Assembly: GCA_016286345.1 (NCBI GenBank)
Contig: JAEESL010000002.1
Span: 7,051-71,050, forward strand
Direction: 5' to 3'
DNA from: Dehalococcoidales bacterium
GTDB lineage: Bacteria > Chloroflexota > Dehalococcoidia > Dehalococcoidales > UBA1222
Length of the DNA: 64,000 nt
In this document: piece after piece, positions 16,910 to 26,145 of the stretch
Layout of the letters: each line of letters starts with the position of its first letter
How positions within the stretch are numbered: position 1 is the first letter of the stretch
The notes under the pieces: model-generated
Seen by the model: only the letters and a program-made list of their open reading frames with translations
The model's database searches: none
What the model was told of the DNA's origin: nothing
Translations under genes and position numbers: made by a program

Positions 16910-18007
16910 CTAGACATTAAAGAGGAAATTGACGATGTCTCCGTCCTTCATGACATATTCCTTGCCTTCAGACCGGAGAAGTCCCTTTTCCCTGGCGGCA
17001 GCGATGCTTCCGCCGACTTCAATGAATTTATCGTAGGCAATTGTTTCTGCCCTGATAAAACCCTTCTCAAAATCAGTATGGATCTTTCCTGCAGCCTGGG
17101 GAGCTTTGGTGCCGTTGATAATGGTCCATGCACGGCATTCATCTTCTCCGGCAGTCAGGAATGATATCAGATTCAAAAGCTTATATGATGCCTTGATCAG
17201 CAGATCAAGACCTGATTCCTTGATGCCGAGTTCCTCGAGGAACATTGCCTTTTCCTCGTCTTCAAGTTCTGCAAGCTCTGCTTCGACTTTGGCGCTGATC
17301 TTGACGACCTGTGCACCATTAGCATCTGCGATCTTTTTCACAGTCTGAACATATTCATTGTCTTCAGCAGCGATCTCATCCTCATTTACATTGGCAACAA
17401 AGATGATGGGCTTGTATGACAGCAGACCAAATGAATTGACGATGTCTTTTTCACTGTCTTCAAAATGAAGGGTACGGGCATTTACTCCGTCACTCAGACT
17501 CTTTTCGATCCTTTCCATGATTTCAAGTTCCTGAGCAAGATTCTTGTTGTTTCCGCCCTTCATACTGTTTTTGGTCTTTTCAATCCTTCGCTGAAGTATT
17601 TCAAGATCGGAAAGGATCAGTTCTGTATCAATGGTCTCAATATCGGATGCAGGATCGACTTTGCCTGAAACATGAACGATATTCTGGTCTTCAAAACAAC
17701 GCACCACATGTACGATTGCTTCGACTTCACGGATGTGGCCAAGGAATTTGTTTCCCAGACCTTCACCCTTGGAAGCTCCTTTTACAAGACCTGCAATATC
17801 ACAGAACTCTATAGTCGCATATGTGGTCTTCTTTGAGTTATATATCTCATGCAGTTTCTTAACTCTTTCATCGGGAACGGCAACGATACCGACATTCGGT
17901 TCGATCGTACAGAACGGATAGTTTGCCACTTCCGCACCTGCCTTGGTAATGGCATTGAACAGAGTGCTTTTACCTACATTTGGAAGACCAACGATACCTA
18001 ATTTCAT
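16910..18007 (-). CDS. ychF: redox-regulated ATPase YchF
   Basis: [32 protein letters not shown] and a C-terminal TGS-like domain. 365 aa. Confidence 0.95.
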   Translation of the reverse strand: MKLGIVGLPNVGKSTLFNAITKAGAEVANYPFCTIEPNVGIVAVPDERVKKLHEIYNSKKTTYATIEFCDIAGLVKGASKGEGLGNKFLGHIREVEAIVHVVRCFEDQNIVHVSGKVDPASDIETIDTELILSDLEILQRRIEKTKNSMKGGNNKNLAQELEIMERIEKSLSDGVNARTLHFEDSEKDIVNSFGLLSYKPIIFVANVNEDEIAAEDNEYVQTVKKIADANGAQVVKISAKVEAELAELEDEEKAMFLEELGIKESGLDLLIKASYKLLNLISFLTAGEDECRAWTIINGTKAPQAAGKIHTDFEKGFIRAETIAYDKFIEVGGSIAAAREKGLLRSEGKEYVMKDGDIVNFLFNV

Positions 18008-18186
18008 AACAAAATAATCCTTTGAAAACCTTTCACTGAATAATCAGTAAATCTTAGTATACATTTTTTTGAAAAAAACGACAGAAATAAACTCAGACAA
18101 TAATATATTCTTTCATACTGTTGACAAGAAAACTTGGCAAACATATAATCATGTCATGCAAAGAAAACTTGGCAGAGGAACAAAAG

Positions 18187-18516
18187 ATGAACAAAGAAGA
18201 AATCCTTGAAATGAGCCGTGAAGAAAATAAAGGCGGGATAGGTGAATATGAAAAGGCTGCATCTGACACAGCATCAAAGGTTGGCCTGACAGCCGGGGCG
18301 ATAGCTTGTGTCGTACTTGTGATTTTAGGAAATTTTATTCTGGAAATTCCTGAAATAAGTCTTGCCGGATGGATGGTGTTTTTTGCAATGTTTGGAGGCA
18401 ATCATATTGCTCTGTTCAAAAAATTGGGCACCAAACATAATCTGGCACTGGGCATTGTTGCAATTATTGCTTCAGTTGTATTTTGTGCAGCAATCATTTT
18501 GAAAAGTGTGATGTAG
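18187..18516 (+). CDS. small membrane protein (DUF6442-like), partner of the downstream XRE regulator
   Basis: Start moved to ATG 18187 (MNKEEILEMSREENKG...), followed by hydrophobic segments. This N-terminus plus adjacency to a roughly 68-aa XRE repressor is a recurrent gene pair. Confidence 0.6.
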   Translation: MNKEEILEMSREENKGGIGEYEKAASDTASKVGLTAGAIACVVLVILGNFILEIPEISLAGWMVFFAMFGGNHIALFKKLGTKHNLALGIVAIIASVVFCAAIILKSVM

Positions 18517-18520
18517 TTAC

Positions 18521-18727
18521 ATGGATGAAAAGCTCATACTGAAAAACAGTCTCAAGGAAAGCAGAATTGAAAAAGGATTGTCCCAGCAGCAACTGGCAGA
18601 TCTGGTCGGCGTATCCCGTAATACCATCAGTTCTATTGAGACAGGTCAATTCAATCCAACTGCAAAACTGGCCTTGATTCTTTGCATAGCACTGGACAAA
18701 AAATTCGAAGAATTGTTCTTTTTTTAA
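18521..18727 (+). CDS. XRE-family helix-turn-helix transcriptional regulator
   Basis: 68 aa, with LKESRIEKGLSQQQLADLVGVSRNTISSIETGQFNPT. Confidence 0.85.
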   Translation: MDEKLILKNSLKESRIEKGLSQQQLADLVGVSRNTISSIETGQFNPTAKLALILCIALDKKFEELFFF

Positions 18728-18794
18728 AAAGACCAAACCGTCCTAATTATTTACCCGTTCAGAATCGGATTAAATAACCACTATTTATACATAC

Positions 18795-18827
18795 ATAAAA
18801 TGCCGGATCATTGACTGACCCGGCATT
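18795..18827 (-). terminator. intrinsic terminator downstream of the flavin reductase gene
   Basis: 8-bp stem AATGCCGG/CCGGCATT (18799..18806 and 18820..18827), followed on the minus strand by TTTTAT. Confidence 0.55.
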
Positions 18828-18866
18828 CAGATAACAACAAACTGTTCTGTCAGAAATAATGTGGAC

Positions 18867-19451
18867 TTATTTAATTAAAGCTGCGCCTTCATGGAAAGCA
18901 TTGCCGACTCTTTTGCCAATTGCCCAGTATCCGGCACTTGATCCATCGAAAACGATAGGATTGACCTTTCCCATATCGACCTTGCCATCTGTTAAGACAC
19001 AATCATCTGCGATAACATTGACGATCTCACCGACGACTCGGATTTCTCCTGTTGCAGGATCCTTGCCCATTGATACGACCTTACATTCCAGGGATAAAGG
19101 AAGTTCACTGATAACAGGTGCATCTACGTTTTTACCCTTTGTTACAGTGAAACCTGCTTTTTTGACCTTCTCAGGTTCTTTTTTGGCAGAAACCATGCCC
19201 ACATAATCGGAAGCGACAAGGGATTCCACTGTTCCGAAAGCGATAGTGAAAGCATTTTTCTTTTCAAGATTCTCAGTTGTCTGATGCTGTGAAAGATTCA
19301 TTGCAATATGCTTGGGTCCGCACTGGCCTCCCCAGGCAGCATTCATTACATCAGGATTACCGTTTTCATCATAAGTTCCAATCAATAACACTGCACCGGG
19401 AAAAATAATTCCACTGGCACCCAGATCTTTTTTAGCCATTTTTTCCTCCAA
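18867..19451 (-). CDS. flavin reductase-like (flavoredoxin family) FMN-binding protein
   Basis: 194 aa. PGAVLLIGTYDENGNPDVMNAAWGG is the typical flavin-reductase-like domain signature. Confidence 0.8.
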   Translation of the reverse strand: MEEKMAKKDLGASGIIFPGAVLLIGTYDENGNPDVMNAAWGGQCGPKHIAMNLSQHQTTENLEKKNAFTIAFGTVESLVASDYVGMVSAKKEPEKVKKAGFTVTKGKNVDAPVISELPLSLECKVVSMGKDPATGEIRVVGEIVNVIADDCVLTDGKVDMGKVNPIVFDGSSAGYWAIGKRVGNAFHEGAALIK

Positions 19452-19514
19452 AAAAATTATCTTTATATTATTGTAATACCCAGAAATTGTAATTACTTAA
19501 ATTATTTTCAGATA

Positions 19515-19545
19515 AAAAGATAAAACCGGCATTTGCCGGCTTTAC
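19515..19545 (-). terminator. weak intrinsic terminator downstream of the vWA gene
   Basis: Minus strand reads AAAGCCGG-caaatg-CCGGTTTT followed by ATCTTTTT. The GC core is short, so this is only moderately convincing. Confidence 0.4.
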
Positions 19546-19576
19546 CAATCAGATTATTAACGAACATTGATCTTTA

Positions 19577-20260
19577 TTATTTGCTTCTGCTCTTGAAATC
19601 AGCTGCAATTTCTTCATTCCATGCACTCTTTGCAAGGTTTTCTTCCATATCTTCACAGCAATCAGACTTCATCACAGCGCAGACAGCTTTGGCAACTCCT
19701 GCGTAGACCTTTCTGGTCCCAACTTCATCGTGAATATAATTTGTGACTCTGTCCTTCTTGATACCGAAACGTGCTGCCTCAGCAAAGGAATCAATGTTGG
19801 CACCGATGAATATGAATTCCCAGCCTTCCTCCTGCTGTTTTTCCACCATCTTCTTGATCTTGTCATAGGAATATTCCGAAGAGGCATTTTCCAAACCGTC
19901 AGTAGTAATTACAAAGATCGTTTTTTCAGGTTTGTCTTCTTCTCTGGCATATTTATGGATGCCCTTGATATGCTGAATGGTTGTTCCAACTGCATCGAGA
20001 AGTGCGGTGCATCCTCTTACGTAATAATCACTATCTGTCATAACAGGTACATCATTGATATTGATCCTGTCGTGAAGAGTTTCCTGCTTGTTGTCAAAGA
20101 GAATAGTCGTTACCAGAGCATTTCCACCGGTCTTCTTCTGCTTTTCGATCATTGAATTGAAACCGCCGATGGTATCTGCTTCCAGTCCACCCATTGATCC
20201 GCTTCTGTCCAGAATGTAAACGATCTCAGTTAATCCCTTTTTCTTAATTTCCTTTTTCAT
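19577..20260 (-). CDS. small cytosolic von Willebrand factor A (vWA) domain protein
   Basis: 227 aa with MIDAS motif DRSGSMGG (D-x-S-x-S), followed by a T (ITTDG) and the rest of the Rossmann-like vWA fold pattern. Confidence 0.8.
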   Translation of the reverse strand: MKKEIKKKGLTEIVYILDRSGSMGGLEADTIGGFNSMIEKQKKTGGNALVTTILFDNKQETLHDRININDVPVMTDSDYYVRGCTALLDAVGTTIQHIKGIHKYAREEDKPEKTIFVITTDGLENASSEYSYDKIKKMVEKQQEEGWEFIFIGANIDSFAEAARFGIKKDRVTNYIHDEVGTRKVYAGVAKAVCAVMKSDCCEDMEENLAKSAWNEEIAADFKSRSK

Positions 20261-20367
20261 GGTAAATACCTCCGCTGTAATCAGTTTCTGCTTCCTGCAG
20301 GAAAGCTTTTCTGATTACATGTTATCAGCGGGAAAAAAGTTTGAGGTCAAATCAAAGGGGACTTTTT

Positions 20368-21354
20368 TTATTCTCTTGAAAGAGGTTTAAGATTTCGGTC
20401 AAACAGCGCGATATCGATATCTATGACACTGTAATCCTGATTAACGATAAAGTACTCGACTACTGCATCAGTCTTGGAGATCGGAGACAGAGCATATCCC
20501 GCAAGTCTGAGAAAATCTACAGTTTCATCAAGATTCAGCCTCAGGCCGACTGCAAGAGCCAGCATTTTTTCTTTGCCTGGATGAACCTGACCGTTGATCA
20601 GTTTGGAAAAATACTGCTTTGAAATATTGGCAGCGGTATAAACATCAGAATTCTTGAGATTCTTTTTATTGATGAGCTGCTGAAGATGCCTGGCAAAATC
20701 ATCATTCTTTTCTTTCAGTACATTGTCAAGAGAAGGGCTCGCACCCAGCATTTCAATGGAACCGGCACTGATACTCTGCTGCATTTTTCCAAAGGCAGCC
20801 GGATATGCATTGAGATCATCACCGGATATTTTTTTCAGTACCTGTTTTTTCTGTTTGCCATTAAAGCCAAATTTTCTCGAGGCTTCCTCATCGCAGGTCT
20901 CAAAACAAGCATTATCAGAAGGATAATTTCGACCGGATTCATATTCGGATATGCTGTCATATGCTTCTCCGGAGACTTTACCCTTGAAACCACGGGACAC
21001 AACCAGAACAATTTCCATTTCATGCTCTTCAAGAAAAGCCTTGAAAGCATCTATTGCAACACTCATGTCCTGCTCTATGGGAAAAACATCTGCAGATATA
21101 AGAGGAAAAGCAATCGACTGGCAGTTCTTTTCAAATGCAATTTCCAAAGATTTGTCGTAACACTGTCGGAGAATTGCAGATTCACCATTTTCTCCGCCCT
21201 GCCATTGAGGCGCATGAAAACTAACAATGTAATCTGATACCTCATCAGAAGCAGTTATTTTAACTTCACTGCCTGAAACAGACGCATCGGCTGTTTTTAC
21301 GATCGCATCTGCTTTGAATCTGGTAATATCGTCTCTTACTATCTGAAAAGGCAT
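20368..21354 (-). CDS. divergent macro-domain protein fused to a C-terminal XRE-type HTH domain
   Basis: The N-terminus (MPFQIVRDDITRFKADAIV...QSIAFPLISADVFP) resembles a macro domain, but the canonical NAAN and GGGVDG loops are not recognisable. The C-terminal part (NSDVYTAANISKQYFSKLINGQVHPGKEKMLALAVGLRL) is an HTH. Confidence 0.6.
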   Translation of the reverse strand: MPFQIVRDDITRFKADAIVKTADASVSGSEVKITASDEVSDYIVSFHAPQWQGGENGESAILRQCYDKSLEIAFEKNCQSIAFPLISADVFPIEQDMSVAIDAFKAFLEEHEMEIVLVVSRGFKGKVSGEAYDSISEYESGRNYPSDNACFETCDEEASRKFGFNGKQKKQVLKKISGDDLNAYPAAFGKMQQSISAGSIEMLGASPSLDNVLKEKNDDFARHLQQLINKKNLKNSDVYTAANISKQYFSKLINGQVHPGKEKMLALAVGLRLNLDETVDFLRLAGYALSPISKTDAVVEYFIVNQDYSVIDIDIALFDRNLKPLSRE

Positions 21355-21447
21355 ATATCTGATTCCTTTGTTCTACATTTATACTAAAAATATAGCACTA
21401 ATCTGAAATGGCAAGAATTAATATTTGCTGATAAAATATTCAATTAT

Positions 21448-21524
21448 GCCCCTGTAGCTCAGGTGGATAGAGCAGCGGTTTCCTAAACCGCGTGTCGGGC
21501 GTTCGAGTCGCCCTAGGGGCACCA
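21448..21524 (+). tRNA. tRNA-Arg (anticodon CCT), CCA encoded
   Basis: Cloverleaf read by eye. Acceptor is GCCCCTG/TAGGGGC, the D arm is GCTCAGGTGGATAGAGC, the anticodon stem-loop is GCGGT-ttCCTaa-ACCGC and the T arm is GGGCG-TTCGAGT-CGCCC. It ends in a discriminator A plus CCA. Confidence 0.9.
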
Positions 21525-21561
21525 TCCTTTTCCAAATAGTTTTTATAGATTTAAGAATAAT

Positions 21562-22068
21562 ATGACAATAAAAAAGATAATATTCGCAACTCTTGGTTTC
21601 ATCTTTTTTGCTCTGGCGATACTCGGCTCGTGGGTACCTGTACTGCCCACCGTTCCATTCCTTCTTTTATCAGCATTCTTTTTCACCAGGAGCAGTGACC
21701 GTCTCAACAACTGGTTTATCAATACGAAGGCCTATCACAAATATCTTGAAAGCTATATGGCACATAAATCCATGACTTTAAGGACAAAGATATTTATATG
21801 CACGCTTGCCAGTGTAATGATGATCTTTGCCTTTGTCATGCTGAAGAATATGGACAATGACATCCTGAGAATAAGTTTGAGAGTTTTCCTGGTAGTCGCA
21901 ATGCTGACAATGTACTGGTATTTCCATACCAGGATCAAAACAGTCTCCCAGGAAGAAATGAAAAAAATGCAGGCAGAATTTCTGGCAGCAGCTGAAGCAA
22001 AGAAGCAAGCTGAAGCCCAGACAAATCAGTCTGATGACATTAAAACCGAACCGGTTGATACCGACTAG
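21562..22068 (+). CDS. YbaN/DUF454 family inner-membrane protein with acidic/Q-rich C-terminal tail
   Basis: GFIFFALAILGSWVPVLPTVPFLLLSAFFFTRSSDRLNNWF is the DUF454 signature. Confidence 0.75.
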   Translation: MTIKKIIFATLGFIFFALAILGSWVPVLPTVPFLLLSAFFFTRSSDRLNNWFINTKAYHKYLESYMAHKSMTLRTKIFICTLASVMMIFAFVMLKNMDNDILRISLRVFLVVAMLTMYWYFHTRIKTVSQEEMKKMQAEFLAAAEAKKQAEAQTNQSDDIKTEPVDTD

Positions 22069-22120
22069 ACAACTTCTTTTGGCAGTGTGACATGTGCCGG
22101 TCAGAGGCACAGTTCCTTAA

Positions 22121-22717
22121 CTATTCTTCTGCCAAATTGATCGGCTGAGGTTTCTTCAATACAGGACTTTTCTGTCCGCCTGTAAGTCTGCAGTGCCAGC
22201 CACCGCATGGTTTAACAAACCATTCATAAGGGGGTTTATGCTCTCCCATGAATGCTGACATGATCGACATTACTACTCCGCCATGAGTAACGATAACACA
22301 GTCCTTTATCTTCTTCTTTTTTGCATCATTGATAATTTCCCTGAATGCAGCATCCGTTCTGGGCATAAAAGTCTCAAGACCTTCTCCGTCAGGGCATGAT
22401 TCCAGACCATTGTTTTCGGTCCACTTCTGATAATCAGGATCATCCTTCATCTCATCTGAAGTGCGTCCTTCAAACTTGCCGAAATCCATTTCTCTCAGAT
22501 CATCGATAACTATCTGTTCAGCATCCGGGAACCAGATTGCAGCAGTCTGTTTTGCACGTTTGAGCGGGCTGACATATACAACTTCAGGATGAAGATTGAG
22601 CATCTTTGATTTGATCTCTGCTATACCCTCCTCACACAGATCGGTGTCTGTTCTTCCTGCATATCTCCGTTCAATAGTAAGCTGTGTTTTTCCGTGTCTG
22701 AGAAGATAAATTTCCAT
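22121..22717 (-). CDS. cobC: histidine-phosphatase family protein, likely alpha-ribazole-5'-phosphate phosphatase
   Basis: Has the MEIYLLRHGKT RHG motif and a second His (VTHGGV). It is the last gene of the cob salvage operon. Confidence 0.75.
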   Translation of the reverse strand: MEIYLLRHGKTQLTIERRYAGRTDTDLCEEGIAEIKSKMLNLHPEVVYVSPLKRAKQTAAIWFPDAEQIVIDDLREMDFGKFEGRTSDEMKDDPDYQKWTENNGLESCPDGEGLETFMPRTDAAFREIINDAKKKKIKDCVIVTHGGVVMSIMSAFMGEHKPPYEWFVKPCGGWHCRLTGGQKSPVLKKPQPINLAEE

Positions 22718-22720
22718 ATC

Positions 22721-23065
22721 CTATCCTTTGATTGTCATTGGTATTCCGCATACCACACGTACGACTTTATCAGCCTTTTCGGCTAGCATTATACTTAATT
22801 TACCGGTATCTTCAATATATCTGCGGTCTTTTTCGTTTACGGGCATCACTCCGGATCCGACCTCATGACAGGTAACTACTTCCTTGTCCTTCACGATACT
22901 GAATACATCTTCGGGTGAAAGCCCTTCATTCAGCAATGCCAGATCGGCATCATAAATCACCTTTTTATCAGAATGAATATCCTTTGACATATCGTCGACG
23001 GTATATCCGATCGACTTAAGATATTTTCTTTTCCCGGAGGCTATTCCGCCAACTACAAAAAGCAT
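22721..23065 (-). CDS. truncated CobU-like P-loop protein (paralog of the adjacent full-length CobU)
   Basis: 114 aa with P-loop VVGGIASGKR. The C-terminal half (CHEVGSGVMPVNEKDRRYIEDTGKLSIMLAEKADKVVRVVCGIPMTIKG) aligns with the CobU C-terminus (ANEVGKS...IIYMTCGIPRTIKG). The central segment that carries the guanylyl-His in CobU is missing. Confidence 0.55.
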   Translation of the reverse strand: MLFVVGGIASGKRKYLKSIGYTVDDMSKDIHSDKKVIYDADLALLNEGLSPEDVFSIVKDKEVVTCHEVGSGVMPVNEKDRRYIEDTGKLSIMLAEKADKVVRVVCGIPMTIKG

Positions 23066-23832
23066 GTCATTATCCTTATTGTCACATCAATTGCGACAAG
23101 CGTATTTAATTCTACCATCTGAGTCAGAAATCCGTTGCTGTCTCCGTTCATACCGCCGAAGTGTCTTTTAGCCATCAGATAAGTTAAAAATCCTGTAAGA
23201 GCGGCAGCAATAACAAATACAGTCAGCAATATCCATCCGCTTTTCCAGTTGACTGCAACAGTAATGATGGAAAAGAGGATCACAAAAATGACGGAATACT
23301 TTGAACTTGCACTGCGGGCATTCTCAAAAAAACCCTCTTTGGCCATAGCAGGTGCATAAAGAGCTGTAACGCTTCCGACATTGCGGCTGACAACAAAAAG
23401 ACTGGCATATAGCAAAAAATTCGAAGAAACTGTGAAATAATCGTAAGTAAAAGCGATCATCAGTGCGACATAGAAAATCAGACGTATAACAGCAAAGGAG
23501 CCCACTCTGGAATCCTTCATTATCTCGATCTTTCTTTCACGCGGCTGACAGCTGGCTATGGCATCTGTGACATCGGCCATGCCGTCATAGTGCAGTCCTC
23601 CTACTATAAGCACCGGAATAAGAACCAGGACAGTTGCAAGAACTATCTGTGAAAAGCCAAGAATATCTGCAAGCCATTTCCATCCAAACATGACTAAGGC
23701 TATGACCCATCCGACAAGAGGAAGAAACGCCACGGCAAAACTCATGTCCTCACTGGTCATATTGACAAAGGGAGCAGGAATACGTGAGTAAGTGGAAAAA
23801 ACCGCAAAAAATGATCTGATGATTTTCTTCAA
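23053..23832 (-). CDS. cobS: adenosylcobinamide-GDP ribazoletransferase (cobalamin synthase)
   Basis: 259-aa polytopic membrane protein. FSTYSRIP...HYDGMADVTDA is the CobS signature. Confidence 0.85.
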   Translation of the reverse strand: MKKIIRSFFAVFSTYSRIPAPFVNMTSEDMSFAVAFLPLVGWVIALVMFGWKWLADILGFSQIVLATVLVLIPVLIVGGLHYDGMADVTDAIASCQPRERKIEIMKDSRVGSFAVIRLIFYVALMIAFTYDYFTVSSNFLLYASLFVVSRNVGSVTALYAPAMAKEGFFENARSASSKYSVIFVILFSIITVAVNWKSGWILLTVFVIAAALTGFLTYLMAKRHFGGMNGDSNGFLTQMVELNTLVAIDVTIRIMTCFL

Positions 23833-23836
23833 TATC

Positions 23837-24349
23837 TTAACCTTTGATCGTCCTGGGAATACCGCATGTCATATAGATTATCTTATCAAATCGCTGAGAG
23901 AGGGAATGCTCCAGTCTTCCCAGTTCCTTAATATACTCTTTTGTTCCCTCACTGTAATCCGAATCGAAGCTCTTCCCTACTTCATTTGCAACGATAATGA
24001 TATTGTCTGCCTTTTCACTTAGAGCAAGAATATCATTTTCAACCTTATCCATGACATTTCTGTAATTCCCGTTATTATCAAACATCTCATTGGCATAAAG
24101 AGTTGCAAGGCATTCAAGAAGAACTGTTCCGGAAGATATATCTATATTTTCGATATCCGTATCTTTTTCGATCAGGATAATATCCTTGCCTTCACGGCGT
24201 TTACGATGATCGGAGACCTTGCGCTCACTTTCGGAATTATCATTACGCATGGTCGCAATATAGTAATGCGGGCCGGACATGGACAGCAGAAGTTTCTCCG
24301 CATATGAACTTTTGCCGGAAGCCGCTCCTCCGGTAACAAGTATCCTCAT
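23837..24349 (-). CDS. cobU: bifunctional adenosylcobinamide kinase / adenosylcobinamide-phosphate guanylyltransferase
   Basis: 170 aa. It has MRILVTGGAASGKSSYAE, YIAT, a central DHRKRR His region and a C-terminal NEVG...GIPRTIKG. Confidence 0.85.
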   Translation of the reverse strand: MRILVTGGAASGKSSYAEKLLLSMSGPHYYIATMRNDNSESERKVSDHRKRREGKDIILIEKDTDIENIDISSGTVLLECLATLYANEMFDNNGNYRNVMDKVENDILALSEKADNIIIVANEVGKSFDSDYSEGTKEYIKELGRLEHSLSQRFDKIIYMTCGIPRTIKG

Positions 24350-25387
24350 CTAAAATCCAAGATCCTTATATGTGATCGTATTTTTATATACAGCAAGACT
24401 GGTATCCAGCAAAGGAAGAAGACAGACAGCACCGGTTCCCTCTCCCAGTCGCATTCCCGCATCAATTACAGGTCTGAGTCCCATTTCCCTGAGCGCCAGT
24501 CCGCAGGAAGGCTCCGGGGAAAGGTGGCTGGGCAGCATATAATAGACAGCTTTCGGGCATAATCTGTATGCAAGAAGTGCCGACACTGCACTGATGACCC
24601 CGTCAATAATCACCGGCATCTGATGAATTGCTCCTCCCAGATACAATCCGACCATATGGGCAATATCGTATCCGCCGACCTTGCTTAATACATCAATGGG
24701 ATCGGCAGGGTCAGGAGCATTTATCATGATCGCTTTCTTTATGGCATTTATCTTGTTCTGATAACCTTCGTCTGAAAGACCGACTCCTCTGCCGGTAGTC
24801 TGTTCAACATCAAGACCCAGCAGAACAGATGCCACGGCACTGGATGTGGACGTATTGCCTATGCCCATTTCCCCTGTAGCAACGATATCGTATTCCTCTT
24901 CCTTCAGATCCCCAATGAGATCAATACCATTCTGAATCATTTTCTCCGCCTGATCACGGGTCATTGCAGGGCCAAGGGTCATATCATTGGTCCCGCTGGC
25001 AATATGACAGTCAAAAATATCAGGAGACACGATGTGCCTGAATAATCCGCAGTCATAAGTAAAAACATCACAGTTGTTGGTTTTGGCCATAGCTCCTACT
25101 GACGACTTGTACTGTGAAATATAATCTGTCATCAATGCAGATACTTCACTGGGCGTCATGGCAACACCCTGTCTGGTAATACCATTATCAGAGCATGACA
25201 CAACAACACACCTGTTGCTCAGATCAGGAACAATCTGATTCTGCATTCCGGAGATCTTGATAAGCATCTTTTCAAGTTCACCGAGTGAGCCTACCGGTTT
25301 TGCGATGTTATCCCATTTCTCTGATGCTTTTTGCATTATTTCCTTATCCAGAGGATTAATGCTGTCATTGATTCTTTTGTAATTCAT
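24350..25387 (-). CDS. cobT: nicotinate-nucleotide--dimethylbenzimidazole phosphoribosyltransferase
   Basis: 345 aa, with KPVGSLGELE, GEMGIGNTSTSSA and RLGEGTGA motifs. Confidence 0.9.
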   Translation of the reverse strand: MNYKRINDSINPLDKEIMQKASEKWDNIAKPVGSLGELEKMLIKISGMQNQIVPDLSNRCVVVSCSDNGITRQGVAMTPSEVSALMTDYISQYKSSVGAMAKTNNCDVFTYDCGLFRHIVSPDIFDCHIASGTNDMTLGPAMTRDQAEKMIQNGIDLIGDLKEEEYDIVATGEMGIGNTSTSSAVASVLLGLDVEQTTGRGVGLSDEGYQNKINAIKKAIMINAPDPADPIDVLSKVGGYDIAHMVGLYLGGAIHQMPVIIDGVISAVSALLAYRLCPKAVYYMLPSHLSPEPSCGLALREMGLRPVIDAGMRLGEGTGAVCLLPLLDTSLAVYKNTITYKDLGF

Positions 25388-25388
25388 C

Positions 25389-26144
25389 TTATTTCCATTC
25401 GGAGAACAGTTCGTTCATCCAGCCATAAACATCCATTGAAAACGCATTAATAAGATTATCACGGTTAAGTACTTCGCCGACTTTTCCCGATCCGACGACC
25501 TGACCCTTATTAAGCAGCAAGGCCTCTGTTCCATAATGCTTCGCAAGGCTCAGATTGTGAACGACTGAAATAATGGCACGGTCTTTTTCCCTGAGCCATT
25601 TTTCAAGCAACTCAAAAATTTCTTTCTGGTATAACAGATCAAGGTTATTGGTGGGTTCATCAAGAATAAGTATCTCCGGATCCTGTACAAGTGCCTGAGC
25701 AAGGAAGGTACGCTGAAGTTCACCGCCGGAAATGCGCATGACAGACCTGTCCTGTATAGGAGCAAGTCCCGTAATATCCAGAATATGATCTATGATCTCA
25801 TTGTCAGTGCTGGTCACATCCTTGAAAAGACCTTTATGATAGGCATATCTGCCAAGTTCCACTACTTCTCTGATAGTGAAATGATAATTAACATAGTGTG
25901 ACTGAGCCATTACACTGACCTGTCTGGCATAATCCTGATTCCGGTATTCCATAATATCTCTGTCATGCAGACAGACTTTCCCGGTATAACTGACGCCTTT
26001 GGACAGAGCTGTTACGAGAGTGGATTTTCCTGCACCGTTGGGTCCAACAAGCATCAGCCATTGTCCGCTGACGACTTCAAAACTGACGTCGTTCAAAATT
26101 TGCAGGGCGTCATATTTTACGGAAAGGTTTTCAACTCTGAGCAT
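25389..26144 (-). CDS. btuD: ABC transporter ATP-binding protein of the B12/siderophore-type importer
   Basis: Walker A GPNGAGKST, signature ISGGELQR and Walker B ILILDEPT. I moved the start to ATG 26144 (MLRVENLSV), which has RBS AAGGAAAGGA and lies just after the permease stop. Confidence 0.8.
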   Translation of the reverse strand: MLRVENLSVKYDALQILNDVSFEVVSGQWLMLVGPNGAGKSTLVTALSKGVSYTGKVCLHDRDIMEYRNQDYARQVSVMAQSHYVNYHFTIREVVELGRYAYHKGLFKDVTSTDNEIIDHILDITGLAPIQDRSVMRISGGELQRTFLAQALVQDPEILILDEPTNNLDLLYQKEIFELLEKWLREKDRAIISVVHNLSLAKHYGTEALLLNKGQVVGSGKVGEVLNRDNLINAFSMDVYGWMNELFSEWK

Positions 26145-26145
26145 A

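Noticed and set aside
21448-21524. tRNA-Arg and tRNA-Glu (43967..44042) as integration sites of a genomic island.
   Set aside because: There is no integrase, no tRNA 3'-end direct repeat that I could find, and no obvious compositional break. Flanking genes are ordinary chromosomal genes.
22069-22120. Hairpin TGTGCC-ggtcaga-GGCACA between the convergent ybaN-like and cobC genes, as a bidirectional terminator.
   Set aside because: It has a 6-bp stem and no flanking U/A runs on either strand, which is too weak to call.
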